Source of the DNA: Auanema rhodensis
Lineage: Eukaryota; Animalia; Nematoda
Reading direction: 5' to 3'
Assembly: GCA_964057225.1 (NCBI GenBank)
Contig: OZ059895.1
Span: 14,322,001-14,386,000 of the forward strand
Length of the DNA: 64,000 nucleotides
Of the stretch, positions 25,101 to 35,405 are shown piece after piece (position 1 is the first letter of the stretch; each line of letters opens with the position of its first letter). The notes under the pieces were generated by a model that searched no databases, was not told where the DNA came from, and saw nothing but the letters and a program-made list of their open reading frames with translations. A program made the position numbers and the translations under genes.

Positions 25101-25444
25101 ATCGCATTCCGAAATGGCGTCGAGATGGCACTGATGCTGATGCTGAATCACAGTGCAGCAGTCGAGCAAGTAGCATTGATGTGAGAGGACAGAGGTACAA
25201 CGCATAGTATCAAGTTTATACCTCAAGTTTTATATTTTGTAGATGGAAATCAGTTCATTCAGTTGGATATGATAATGAATATGAGATTGTTAGCTCATCA
25301 GAAGATGAAGCTGGAGATCATGGAGTATCAGATGAACGTCCATTACGTCTACTAGCAAGAGATGAAATGTGTGCCTTATCACGAGATATTCGAGCTAATT
25401 TCGGTGAATTCCAATTGGCAACATTTGATGATATCGATAACTAA
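17811..25444 (+). CDS. acy-3: Atypical transmembrane adenylyl cyclase-like protein (TM-C1-TM-C2 plus long tail), acy-3-like; many exons
   Basis: ATG at 17811 (MSFGSSWLESSYSRWRLH), then hydrophobic exons. C1-like domain: LLQTFLPTHL...VTVAYARLIGFE...SIGIDSGSLTAGIVGNSKWHYDVIG...GVYVTDET. A second TM cluster follows, then the C2-like domain: ILLNLVPPHVA...GIEKIK...IGIDCG...PRYELWGDTVERARRLM...ILVSEE. It ends FQLATFDDIDN* at 25442-25444. The family is secure; the acy-3 paralogue name is from recollection. Confidence 0.8.
22833..22964. mobile_element. Small MITE-like element with terminal inverted repeats in a cyclase intron
   Basis: TGTGCGATGAAAGTCGGAC (22833-22851) and GTCCGGCTTTCATCGCACA (22938-22956) are 18/19 reverse complements. 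The right end continues AGGCTG-TA, resembling a Tc1/mariner TA-CAG terminus. The left end appears eroded. Confidence 0.55.
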
Positions 25445-25841
25445 ATTGATTTCTTTTATTATTATTAATATTTTACCATATATAGTATATAGTATATAAT
25501 TATAATTTCTTTTTCTGTTCTCATTTAGATATTTGGACTCATGTGATCTTCGGTTTAACATCAAAAACGGGTTTTTTTGCCTTTTTGTTCAAAATAATTT
25601 CATTTTTTTTAAAAACTTCTTTTATATCCTCAGTTGCACCAAATACTATCTTGCCATTCATCATTATAAACGGTATTTTCTGTTTTAATATTCCTTGTAA
25701 CAAGGTATTTGTCTTGAATAAAACTTTATTATTATTATTAATAATAACATTCTTAAATATTAATATCATTAATACACAAAAACAAATTAAAGAGAATTAA
25801 ATGTTAATTAAAAGGTTTTTCATTCATCACACAACATCATC

Positions 25842-28425
25842 TTATGAAGAATTTTGAAGTTTTAAATGAATTTCTTTGATTGTTTCATAAGCAGTTTTGA
25901 TATCACTTGCTTCAGTCAATTGACTACAAACAGCTAATCTTAGGAAGAATGAGCCGTGAACCTAAAAATAAAAATTTGAATTTAAAAAATTTGAATATTG
26001 AGAAAATAAACCTTGGATGGAACTAAATGTATACGACGATCATCATTAATAGCATTACAAAGTTTTTCATTTTCTTCATTAGAACTCTGAAAAAAAATAT
26101 TTTTTATTATTTTAAATTCAAAAAATATTAGAATTAATGTAAATTATAATATACATTTTTAATTCTGAAACAGACGAGTCCTAAATGTTGTGGAACAAAT
26201 AGTTCAAACAAATCATCTGTTTTGATATATTCAGCAAACTGAGCAGCTAGATGATTTTGCTGTAACAGTTAAGTTTCATTTATGGGCATAATGTGATGTT
26301 GTAACCTTCTTAAGAATATTCTGAATTGCTTCAACTCCTAAATTTCTTAGAACAAACCAAATCTTCAAGGATCGGAAACGACGACCTAACGCTACTTGAA
26401 GATGCTGAAAATCATTTTTCAAAAAAAGATAGGGATGAACGATGAAAAGGCTTACGCGGTAATCGGAAGCTACAGCCTGATGTTCATGCTTAAGATAGAT
26501 AGGATCGACATTGAAATAGCTGGCAGCCTTAATTCCATCGGCAAACCTGAAGTAATAATCGTATTCAGTTTTTGTTTCTAAACATCATCAAACTAACCAC
26601 ATGGGAGAGCAATCAAAGTTTACAAACATTCCTTTATGGGCATTGAAGTTAAAGGAATCGCAAAAACGAATACCCGTTGATAAGTAGCGGAATTCGCGGC
26701 AAAGAAGGAAAGATCCTGAATTATGCTTTACTCTCGATTACAAGCGAACAAATTTACCAGCATAAGCTGCATCACAATGAAGCCAAATATGCTCACGTTG
26801 ACATATGGGACCGAGCTCTTCCAAATGATCGTATGAGCATGAGTTGGTTGTTCCCATAGTAGCAATCATAAGGAAAGGAATTAAGCCACGATTAACATCT
26901 GCCTTAATCATTACACCATTAAGATAAGTTCTAAGTTTTTAAGAACCAATCATACTAGAGATGTTAGTTATCTGACAAACCTTAATAGCTGCTTCGAAAT
27001 CAGTTGGAGTTACGGTATAATTGCCATTCTCATCTCTAGTTGATTTCAGCTTTCTCAGCCGAATTCCACTAAGCATAGCTCCTTTCTCAACAGATGAATG
27101 AGCCTATAAGACAGTGTTATTCCAAATCATTTGAAAGTTCTTACTTGATCAGAGCAATAAGCTACAAGCTTCTCAAACACAGTTGGATCATGATAATGTG
27201 GAACAAGCACCTCACTATCTTTATCTTCAATCTATTTGAATAAATTTGAGATCATCATTGCTTGTTTCCAAACACTTACAGTATTCTGACGTACTTTAGC
27301 TAAAAGATTTTTAACTGTTTTTCCAACTTCTGTAGCTGCAAGTCGTCCAAGAAAGCCGCTTGATTCACTGGTTTTCACATTCTAAATCATTGCCAGCTTA
27401 ATCTCAATGAAATTAAGACCACAAATTGCACCTCAACAGCTCTAGCTCTAGCTGACATGATAGCAATCAGAGTTGCATCACTAGCTGTACTCTGAATAAT
27501 TCCGCAACCAGGTCCTTCAGCCGAATTCTATATGAAGAAAAGAAAAATTCGTCTTCTATTTGTCTTCAGGAAATGAGAAAAAAACCTTAAAATGTTCCGG
27601 CAGACCCATTACATCAACTAGCCAATCTAATGATGCCATTTCCAATTCGGTCATTGATGGACATGATTTCTAAGAAGATTCAAATTCATTTTTTGGAATA
27701 AATATACATAAATGAATGAATTTCATGAAAAGACAGTACAACACACACCCATGTAAATCCAATAGCTGATATGCCACCACTAAGTATATCAGCCATAATC
27801 GCTTGATAACTGCAAGCTGTTGGGAAGTATGCATAGAAATTTGGATGATGCCAATTAGTAACTCCTGTAAATATTTTGAATAATAAGATATATGTATATT
27901 GATTTTTAGTGTTATTGATTGATTTTTAAATTGTTTTTCATGTTATCGCATCTGAATACGTAACGTCTATGTTCACATGCATCTGAATACGTAACGTCTA
28001 TGTTCACATGCATCTGAATACGTAGTAAACTCTACGTGAACTATCACATGAACTTTCATACTATTTTAAAATATTTTTATCTTATCGAACGATTGATTAT
28101 CATATCAAATCATTGAGTGTTTTGTTTGGAATACATTCAAGAAGTATTGATAAGATTAAAGGAAAAGTTACCTTTCATGACAACTTCTTCCAAATCGCCG
28201 AAAATTGTTTGCCAATCTTCTGGTGTTTGAGGTGCATGACTAGGTATCTTAATGATTATATATAGTTAATATAGTTTAAATAGAAATCTTTTATAAAATT
28301 ACCAAATCAGATATATATCCTGGTTTGATGTCAGGTAATGGTTGACGATCACGTATAGTTGACCAGTAATTGGCAACAAAATCAACCATTTCTTTTCCGT
28401 GTTTTCGAAACTCTTCTGGATCCAT
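25842..28425 (-). CDS. bas-1: Aromatic L-amino acid (DOPA/5-HTP) decarboxylase, PLP-dependent group II; multi-exon
   Basis: ATG at 28425: [21 protein letters not shown]...PLPDIKPGY...[13 protein letters not shown]...GFTW|[10 protein letters not shown]...[13 protein letters not shown]...YCSDQ|AHSSVEK...HCDAAYA|G...SFNFNAHK (PLP lysine)...FFLRLAVCS...LQNSS*, with the stop at 25844-25842. The [10 protein letters not shown] block and the insert before HDPTVFE are bas-1-like. Confidence 0.92.
27948..28024. repeat. 31-bp tandem repeat, about 2.5 copies, in a bas-1 intron
   Basis: GCATCTGAATACGTAACGTCTATGTTCACAT at 27948 and 27979, with a partial copy at 28010. Confidence 0.9.
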
Positions 28426-29045
28426 ATTGATTCTAGAATAAATATAAAATTAAATATAATAAAACTAAACTATATTCATATAGTTATATCTTGAAATTTT
28501 AAGAGGGAAGAAGAAAAGAGAAGGGATTGAAGAAAGTATAGATTAGGAGGGAGCTGCAATGGTGAATGGAGGGATATGGAGAGATGGAGAGCAGGAACCT
28601 GTGATGCAATTCGTTACAAAGCTTTAATGATCCGTATATGAATGTTCTCAATTGTTTAAAACATACATATACATATATTTCTTATGAAATAAATTATTTT
28701 GTGAAAGAAAATAGCGGATGTTGTCAATCTTTTGGAATAGATTTTACAAAGAAATAGTAAATAAGGCAACGATCATGGCTAGCAAAAGCATAGGAAATAA
28801 GACATTAAATGGAAAATCATTAAAGAAATATATACATATCTATATGTATATATAGTGAGTATAAACCATATAATCTAATCAATATACTTTAAAAAATATA
28901 TTTAATTTAATGAAAAATTGAGATAGAAAGGAAGAAAATGATGAAGAATGTTATCAGAAACAATTTATTATCATCAGGATCTTGTAGTCATTTATAGGAA
29001 GGACACACTTAGACAACACATTTGGACTGCAAAAATTAAATTTAT

Positions 29046-29047
<2 letters not shown>

Positions 29048-29112
<65 letters not shown>

Positions 29113-29433
29113 CAAGAGAGAGAAATAAAAAAAATCTTGAGATGTACTCATAGTTATAGATGAATTCTGAAAAAGAGTTTATGGAATAATTGACATGGTT
29201 CTTCACAAATTTCAAAGATGTGTCATGTTGTGTCAAATAAAACTAGAAATGATCTCGAATCTTACAAGTATTTGAAAGAAAATATAAAGATGAATATTAA
29301 ATTGAATCAATAAATAAAGAAAATATAATTGGCTTATATACGAATTTAAAATTTAGAATTAATGAAAAGCAAATAAGGAACCTAGTACACTTCTAAGACA
29401 TAGTTAGGTAGATGATGAAGAAAGTGGGAAAGC

Positions 29434-29508
<75 letters not shown>
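29048..29508. repeat. Two long (GA)n microsatellites upstream of bas-1
   Basis: Pure or near-pure (GA)n at about 29048-29110 and 29434-29508. Confidence 0.95.
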
Positions 29509-29511
<3 letters not shown>

Positions 29512-30156
29512 AAACTGTTGAAAGAGAAGAAGGAATGATTCCTTTAGTGCAAATGCAGATTTTATTCTTTCCTTCTGTTTATAGTTTAGAATTAACGATT
29601 ACAAGATATGATGATTGATGTATGAAATGTAGAAAAGCTAGCCCATTCATGAGCTCAGCCGCTGCAACAATACGATATCTTCTATAAATAATCTCAAGTT
29701 TTCTATAAGAATTAATTGTTTCTGCAATCTTGAACTCTAAATGAAATAGACGATAGTGATAGCCTTTGGATTCGGGGTCAACGTATATCAAAGCGCGTTC
29801 CTTTCATGTGCTTACCTTCAAGTCCTCCATATATTAGGAAATGAGTGAAAGAAGAAAACTATCCATGTACATATTATTATTTACTTTTTCATCTCAAAAA
29901 TATGTCTTGACCGGACAAGTGAACAACATACTCTTGAACTCAACTCAAGTATTGTATCACATAGACGTGTTGTATCTCTCCCCCCAACATGGCATAGACC
30001 GTCTCTCTTGATTAGACACCGTGGGTCCTGCACACGCGTAGACTACATCGAACTTGGCTCATCTCAACTATAATTCCCAGAATGATTATCATCTTCGTTG
30101 ATATTTCAATTTTAAAAATCCAAAGGACTTGATTCTTCCAATGATTTTCGATTCAT

Positions 30157-30251
30157 GTTGCTCTCCAGTGGAGAGCGTTCCAAAATTTAATTCGAACACA
30201 GAATGTTTCTGGTTGAATCAGGAAAGTACCTCAAACTTGGGTAATTAAACC
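30157..30251 (-). ncRNA. sls-1: SL1 spliced-leader RNA
   Basis: Leader at 30251-30230, with donor, Sm site and hairpin. Confidence 0.96.
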
Positions 30252-30496
30252 GACGAAGCAGTATCACCTCCCAGTGGCATCAATGCACGTGTAGTATCAC
30301 AGAGACGTGTTGTATCTCTCTCCCCAACATGATAAAGACCGTCTCTCTTGACTTGACACCATGGGTCATACACACGTGTAGGCTACATCGAACTTGGCTC
30401 ATCTCAACTATAATTCCCGAAATGATTATCATCTTCGTTGATTTTTCATTTTTAAAAATCCAAAGAACTTGATTCATCTAAGGATTTTCGATTCAT

Positions 30497-30591
30497 GTTG
30501 CTCTCCAGTGGAGAGCGTTCCAAAATTTAATTCGAACACAGAATGTTTCTGGTTGAATCAGGAAAGTACCTCAAACTTGGGTAATTAAACC
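30497..30591 (-). ncRNA. sls-1: SL1 spliced-leader RNA
   Basis: Leader at 30591-30570, with donor, Sm site and hairpin. Confidence 0.96.
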
Positions 30592-30837
30592 GATGAAGCA
30601 GTGTCACCTCCCAGTGGCATCAATGCACGTGTCGTATCACATAGACGTGTTGTGTCTCTCCTCCCAACATGGTAAAGACCGTCTCTCTTGACTAGACACC
30701 ATGGGTCATACACACGTGTAGGCTACATCTGAACTTGGCTCATCTCAACTATAATTCCCGAAATGATTATCATCTTCGTTGATTTTTCATTTTTAAAAAT
30801 CCAAAGAACTTGATTCATCCAATGATTTTCGATTCAT

Positions 30838-30932
30838 GTTGCTCTCCAGTGGAGAGCGTTCCAAAATTTAATTCGAACACAGAATGTTTCTGGTTGAATC
30901 AGGAAAGTACCTCAAACTTGGGTAATTAAACC
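30838..30932 (-). ncRNA. sls-1: SL1 spliced-leader RNA
   Basis: Leader at 30932-30911, with donor, Sm site and hairpin. Confidence 0.96.
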
Positions 30933-31180
30933 GACGAAGCAGTGTCACCTCCCAGTGGCATCAATGCACGTGTCGTATCACATAGACGTGTTGTGTCTCT
31001 CCCCCCCCAACATGATAAAGACCGTCTCTCTTGACTTGACACCATGGGTCATACACACGTGTAGGCTACATCTGAACTTGGCTCATCGCAACTATAATTC
31101 CCAGAATGATTATCATCTTCGTTGATATTTCAATTTTAAAAATCCAAAGAACTTGATTCATCCAATGATTTTCGATTCAT

Positions 31181-31275
31181 GTTGCTCTCCAGTGGAGAGC
31201 GTTCCAAAATTTAATTCGAACACAGAATGTTTCTGGTTGAATCAGGAAAGTACCTCAAACTTGGGTAATTAAACC
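31181..31275 (-). ncRNA. sls-1: SL1 spliced-leader RNA
   Basis: Leader at 31275-31254, with donor, Sm site and hairpin. Confidence 0.96.
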
Positions 31276-31521
31276 GACGAAGCAGTGTCACCTCCCAGTG
31301 GCATCAATGCACGTGTCGTATCACATAGACGTGCTGTATCTCTCCCCCCAACATGGTATAGACCGTCTCTCTTGACTAGACACCATGGGTCATACACACG
31401 TGTAGGCTACATCTGAACTTGGCTCATCTCAACTATAATTCCCTGAATGATTATCATCTTCGTTGATTTTTCATTTTTAAAAATCCAAAGAACTTGATTC
31501 ATCTAAGGATTTTCGATTCAT

Positions 31522-31616
31522 GTTGCTCTCCAGTGGAGAGCGTTCCAAAATTTAATTCGAACACAGAATGTTTCTGGTTGAATCAGGAAAGTACCTCAAA
31601 CTTGGGTAATTAAACC
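31522..31616 (-). ncRNA. sls-1: SL1 spliced-leader RNA
   Basis: Leader at 31616-31595, with donor, Sm site and hairpin. Confidence 0.96.
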
Positions 31617-31862
31617 GATGAAGCAGTGTCACCTCCCAGTGGCATCAATGCACGTGTCGTATCACATAGACGTGCTGTATCTCTCCCCCCAACATGATAA
31701 AGACCGTCTCTCTTGACTAGACACCATGGGTCATACACACGTGTAGGCTACATCCGAACTTGGCTCATCTCAACTATAATTCCCGAAATGATTATCATCT
31801 TCGTTGATTTTTCAATTTTAAAAATCCAAAGAACTTGATTCATCCAATGATTTTCGATTCAT

Positions 31863-31957
31863 GTTGCTCTCCAGTGGAGAGCGTTCCAAAATTTAATTCG
31901 AACACAGAATGTTTCTGGTTGAATCAGGAAAGTACCTCAAACTTGGGTAATTAAACC
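31863..31957 (-). ncRNA. sls-1: SL1 spliced-leader RNA
   Basis: Leader at 31957-31936, with donor, Sm site and hairpin. Confidence 0.96.
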
Positions 31958-32203
31958 GACGAAGCAGTGTCACCTCCCAGTGGCATCAATGCACGTGTCG
32001 TATCACATAGACGTGCTGTATCTCTCCCCCCAACATGGTATAGACCGTCTCTCTTGACTTGACACCATGGGTCATACACACGTGTAGGCTACATCTGAAC
32101 TTGGCTCATCGCAACTATAATTCCCAGAATGATTATCATCTTCGTTGATATTTCAATTTTAAAAATCCAAAGAACTTGATTCATCTAATGATTTTCGATT
32201 CAT

Positions 32204-32298
32204 GTTGCTCTCCAGTGGAGAGCGTTCCAAAATTTAATTCGAACACAGAATGTTTCTGGTTGAATCAGGAAAGTACCTCAAACTTGGGTAATTAAACC
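32204..32298 (-). ncRNA. sls-1: SL1 spliced-leader RNA
   Basis: Leader at 32298-32277, with donor, Sm site and hairpin. Confidence 0.96.
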
Positions 32299-32546
32299 GA
32301 CGAAGCAGTGTCACCTCCCAGTGGCATCAATGCACGTGTCGTATCACATAGACGTGTTGTGTCTCTCCCCCCCCAACATGATAAAGACCGTCTCTCTTGA
32401 CTTGACACCATGGGTCATACACACGTGTAGGCTACATCTGAACTTGGCTCATCGCAACTATAATTCCCAGAATGATTATCATCTTCGTTGATATTTCAAT
32501 TTTAAAAATCCAAAGAACTTGATTCATCCAACGATTTTCGATTCAT

Positions 32547-32641
32547 GTTGCTCTCCAGTGGAGAGCGTTCCAAAATTTAATTCGAACACAGAATGTTTCT
32601 GGTTGAATCAGGAAAGTACCTCAAACTTGGGTAATTAAACC
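32547..32641 (-). ncRNA. sls-1: SL1 spliced-leader RNA
   Basis: Leader at 32641-32620, with donor, Sm site and hairpin. Confidence 0.96.
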
Positions 32642-32887
32642 GACGAAGCAGTGTCACCTCCCAGTGGCATCAATGCACGTGTCGTATCACATAGACGTGC
32701 TGTATCTCTCCCCCCAACATGGTATAGACCGTCTCTCTTGACTTGACACCATGGGTCATACACACGTGTAGGCTACATCTGAACTTGGCTCATCTCAACT
32801 ATAATTCCCGAAATGATTATCATCTTCGTTGATTTTTCAATTTTAAAAATCCAAAGAACTTGATTCATCCAATGATTTTCGATTCAT

Positions 32888-32982
32888 GTTGCTCTCCAGT
32901 GGAGAGCGTTCCAAAATTTAATTCGAACACAGAATGTTTCTGGTTGAATCAGGAAAGTACCTCAAACTTGGGTAATTAAACC
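32888..32982 (-). ncRNA. sls-1: SL1 spliced-leader RNA
   Basis: Leader at 32982-32961, with donor, Sm site and hairpin. Confidence 0.96.
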
Positions 32983-33228
32983 GACGAAGCAGTGTCACCT
33001 CCCAGTGGCATCAATGCACGTGTCGTATCACATAGACGTGCTGTATCTCTCCCCCCAACATGGTATAGACCGTCTCTCTTGACTTGACACCATGGGTCAT
33101 ACACACGTGTAGGCTACATCTGAACTTGGCTCATCTCAACTATAATTCCCGAAATGATTATCATCTTCGTTGATTTTTCAATTTTAAAAATCCAAAGAAC
33201 TTGATTCATCCAATGATTTTCGATTCAT

Positions 33229-33323
33229 GTTGCTCTCCAGTGGAGAGCGTTCCAAAATTTAATTCGAACACAGAATGTTTCTGGTTGAATCAGGAAAGTA
33301 CCTCAAACTTGGGTAATTAAACC
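33229..33323 (-). ncRNA. sls-1: SL1 spliced-leader RNA
   Basis: Leader at 33323-33302, with donor, Sm site and hairpin. Confidence 0.96.
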
Positions 33324-33571
33324 GACGAAGCAGTGTCACCTCCCAGTGGCATCAATGCACGTGTCGTATCACATAGACGTGTTGTGTCTCTCCCCCCCCA
33401 ACATGATAAAGACCGTCTCTCTTGACTTGACACCATGGGTCATACACACGTGTAGGCTACATCTGAACTTGGCTCATCGCAACTATAATTCCCAGAATGA
33501 TTATCATCTTCGTTGATATTTCAATTTTAAAAATCCAAAGAACTTGATTCATCCAACGATTTTCGATTCAT

Positions 33572-33666
33572 GTTGCTCTCCAGTGGAGAGCGTTCCAAAA
33601 TTTAATTCGAACACAGAATGTTTCTGGTTGAATCAGGAAAGTACCTCAAACTTGGGTAATTAAACC
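33572..33666 (-). ncRNA. sls-1: SL1 spliced-leader RNA (terminal copy, diverged upstream region)
   Basis: Leader at 33666-33645. The upstream region keeps the PSE-like CGTATCCCATTGGGGTGCTGTGT and then diverges. Confidence 0.95.
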
Positions 33667-35405
33667 GATGAAGCAGTGTCACCTCCCAGTGGCATCAATA
33701 GAAGCGCCGTATCCCATTGGGGTGCTGTGTCTGTCTATTACACGCACAGAGATTGCCTCTCCATACTAGATATGTACTATCTGATTTGAACCAGCAGTCA
33801 GTCACACAGCAACAAGATTGTTCTCCTTTCTTAATTCAAAACAGAAAACCCCTTAGAAGCCATTTGACCTGAGTTAACTCGAATCCTTGGCTTGTATGAA
33901 TAGGAACGTAAAATTCACAGAGCAAAGTTACTGTTGATATGAGGTAGTTCTCAGACATCCTGTTGTAACTCAACTACAACTGCGTTAGTCGATATTCTGT
34001 TACAAAGTATTTTAATGAGCTTACTATAAGTTCTGCCTGGCTCAGCAAAGCTTTAAGATTCATCAACCTCGAATGCTGCACCCATCTTGTATGTTACATC
34101 GACCTATAGGAAGGAAAATCATACAAGGTCTTACACTATTGACTTCGGAAAATATTCAATTTGATCCTGTTTCTTTGTTTTTGTTTATTTAGATTTTATT
34201 TAAAATTCATTTTTGTCATAAAAACAAACAAATAAAACCTTTTTTTTTTTGTTTTTTCTCGTAATATTTCGTAGATTTAATTGTTTTTAAAACTTGAAAA
34301 CCCGAATGTTACGTAAATATATGTATAAATTAAATTTTTTTGATTATTCTCCAGAAATAATTGTATTTTCGGTATAAATGTCACATATATATCTTAGATT
34401 TGAAGAAATATATAACAAAATATTTGTGTGATGAAACAACATTGTTGGACGACTGGCTTGAAAGACAATGTTCGTGATGGTCCTCATCATTCCTGAGCAA
34501 CATGAGCTGAAACTCACATTTCCGTGAACTTTCTCAGACATCTCTCAACAACTTTAAGAAACACGGAGTAGAACAGATGCTATATAAAGTAAAAACTCAT
34601 TTATATTACATGAGTTTTTCACATTTTACAAGATTTTTCTATCTTGAACTTCCAGGCTTAACTTACAGGCTTAAGACAGTTTCCATTCAATGTTATCGAA
34701 TAAATTGAAGTTTGTTTATAAGATAAATATCTACCAACGTATCCTTCTGATAATGAAAAGAGTTCAAAGTTTTCTAGCAGTAGAGTGGAGAGAGAGTGAG
34801 AGAGAGAGAGAAAGAGGGAGAGCGAAAAAGAGGGAGAGAGAGCAGAAACACCGACATAATCATTTTCTTATTATCATAAAAATACAGTTCTAATCATATT
34901 CTCAATACAAAGTTTATAAATTAATGTCACAAACACAAAATAAAGAAAAAACTTGAAAAAAGTGTTGTATTGAGCTTAAAAGAGAATTATTAAGAATATA
35001 AGAATTATCTTTCTAAAAGTTTAACTTCATAATATGTTTTGTTTATTTAGCCCTTTTTCCATCCTCCATCATCCATGACTTGGCAATAAAATTGATTTGA
35101 AGTTTGTAAGAATTGCACAACTTTGACATCAATAAACACAAATATTCACATAAATGTATATATCTGTATAATTAAATAATATTTTATAATCTTTTTGATT
35201 TGTAATTGTGAAGATTATATTGTATTCAATGTTTATCATAGTTAACTATATGAAATATTATCAATTAATTATATCACTTATCATTAATATATGTATATAT
35301 TGAATTGCTGATAACATTTTTTTTCGAAAAACTGTTGCGTGGATTGTCTCAATAACTAATATAACTTCAATTGAATATTATTTATTTTACGTATTCTAGT
35401 TTAAT

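Larger units (their letters stand above)
29954..33775 (-). repeat. SL1 RNA gene tandem cluster C (11 copies, 340-343 bp period)
   Basis: SL1 +1 positions at 30251, 30591, 30932, 31275, 31616, 31957, 32298, 32641, 32982, 33323 and 33666. Spacers differ only by a few SNPs, 1-bp indels and poly-C length. Confidence 0.97.

Noticed and set aside
29954-33775. CRISPR array or plain satellite interpretation of the 341-bp repeat
   Set aside because: There are no unique spacers, no cas genes, and the context is eukaryotic. Each unit encodes a complete SL1 RNA.
33940-34000. let-7-family seed TGAGGTAG suggesting a miRNA
   Set aside because: Only about 6 bp (GTAGTT/AACTAC) pair, so there is no pre-miRNA-quality hairpin.
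33780-34105. Exon/intron-like pattern on the minus strand next to the array
   Set aside because: All three frames of the first putative exon hit stops and no homology was recognised. It could be a relic but is unsupported.
34655-34675. AGGCTT words resembling the nematode telomere repeat (possible DNA-elimination break site)
   Set aside because: There are only two isolated hexamers and no tandem TTAGGC tract.
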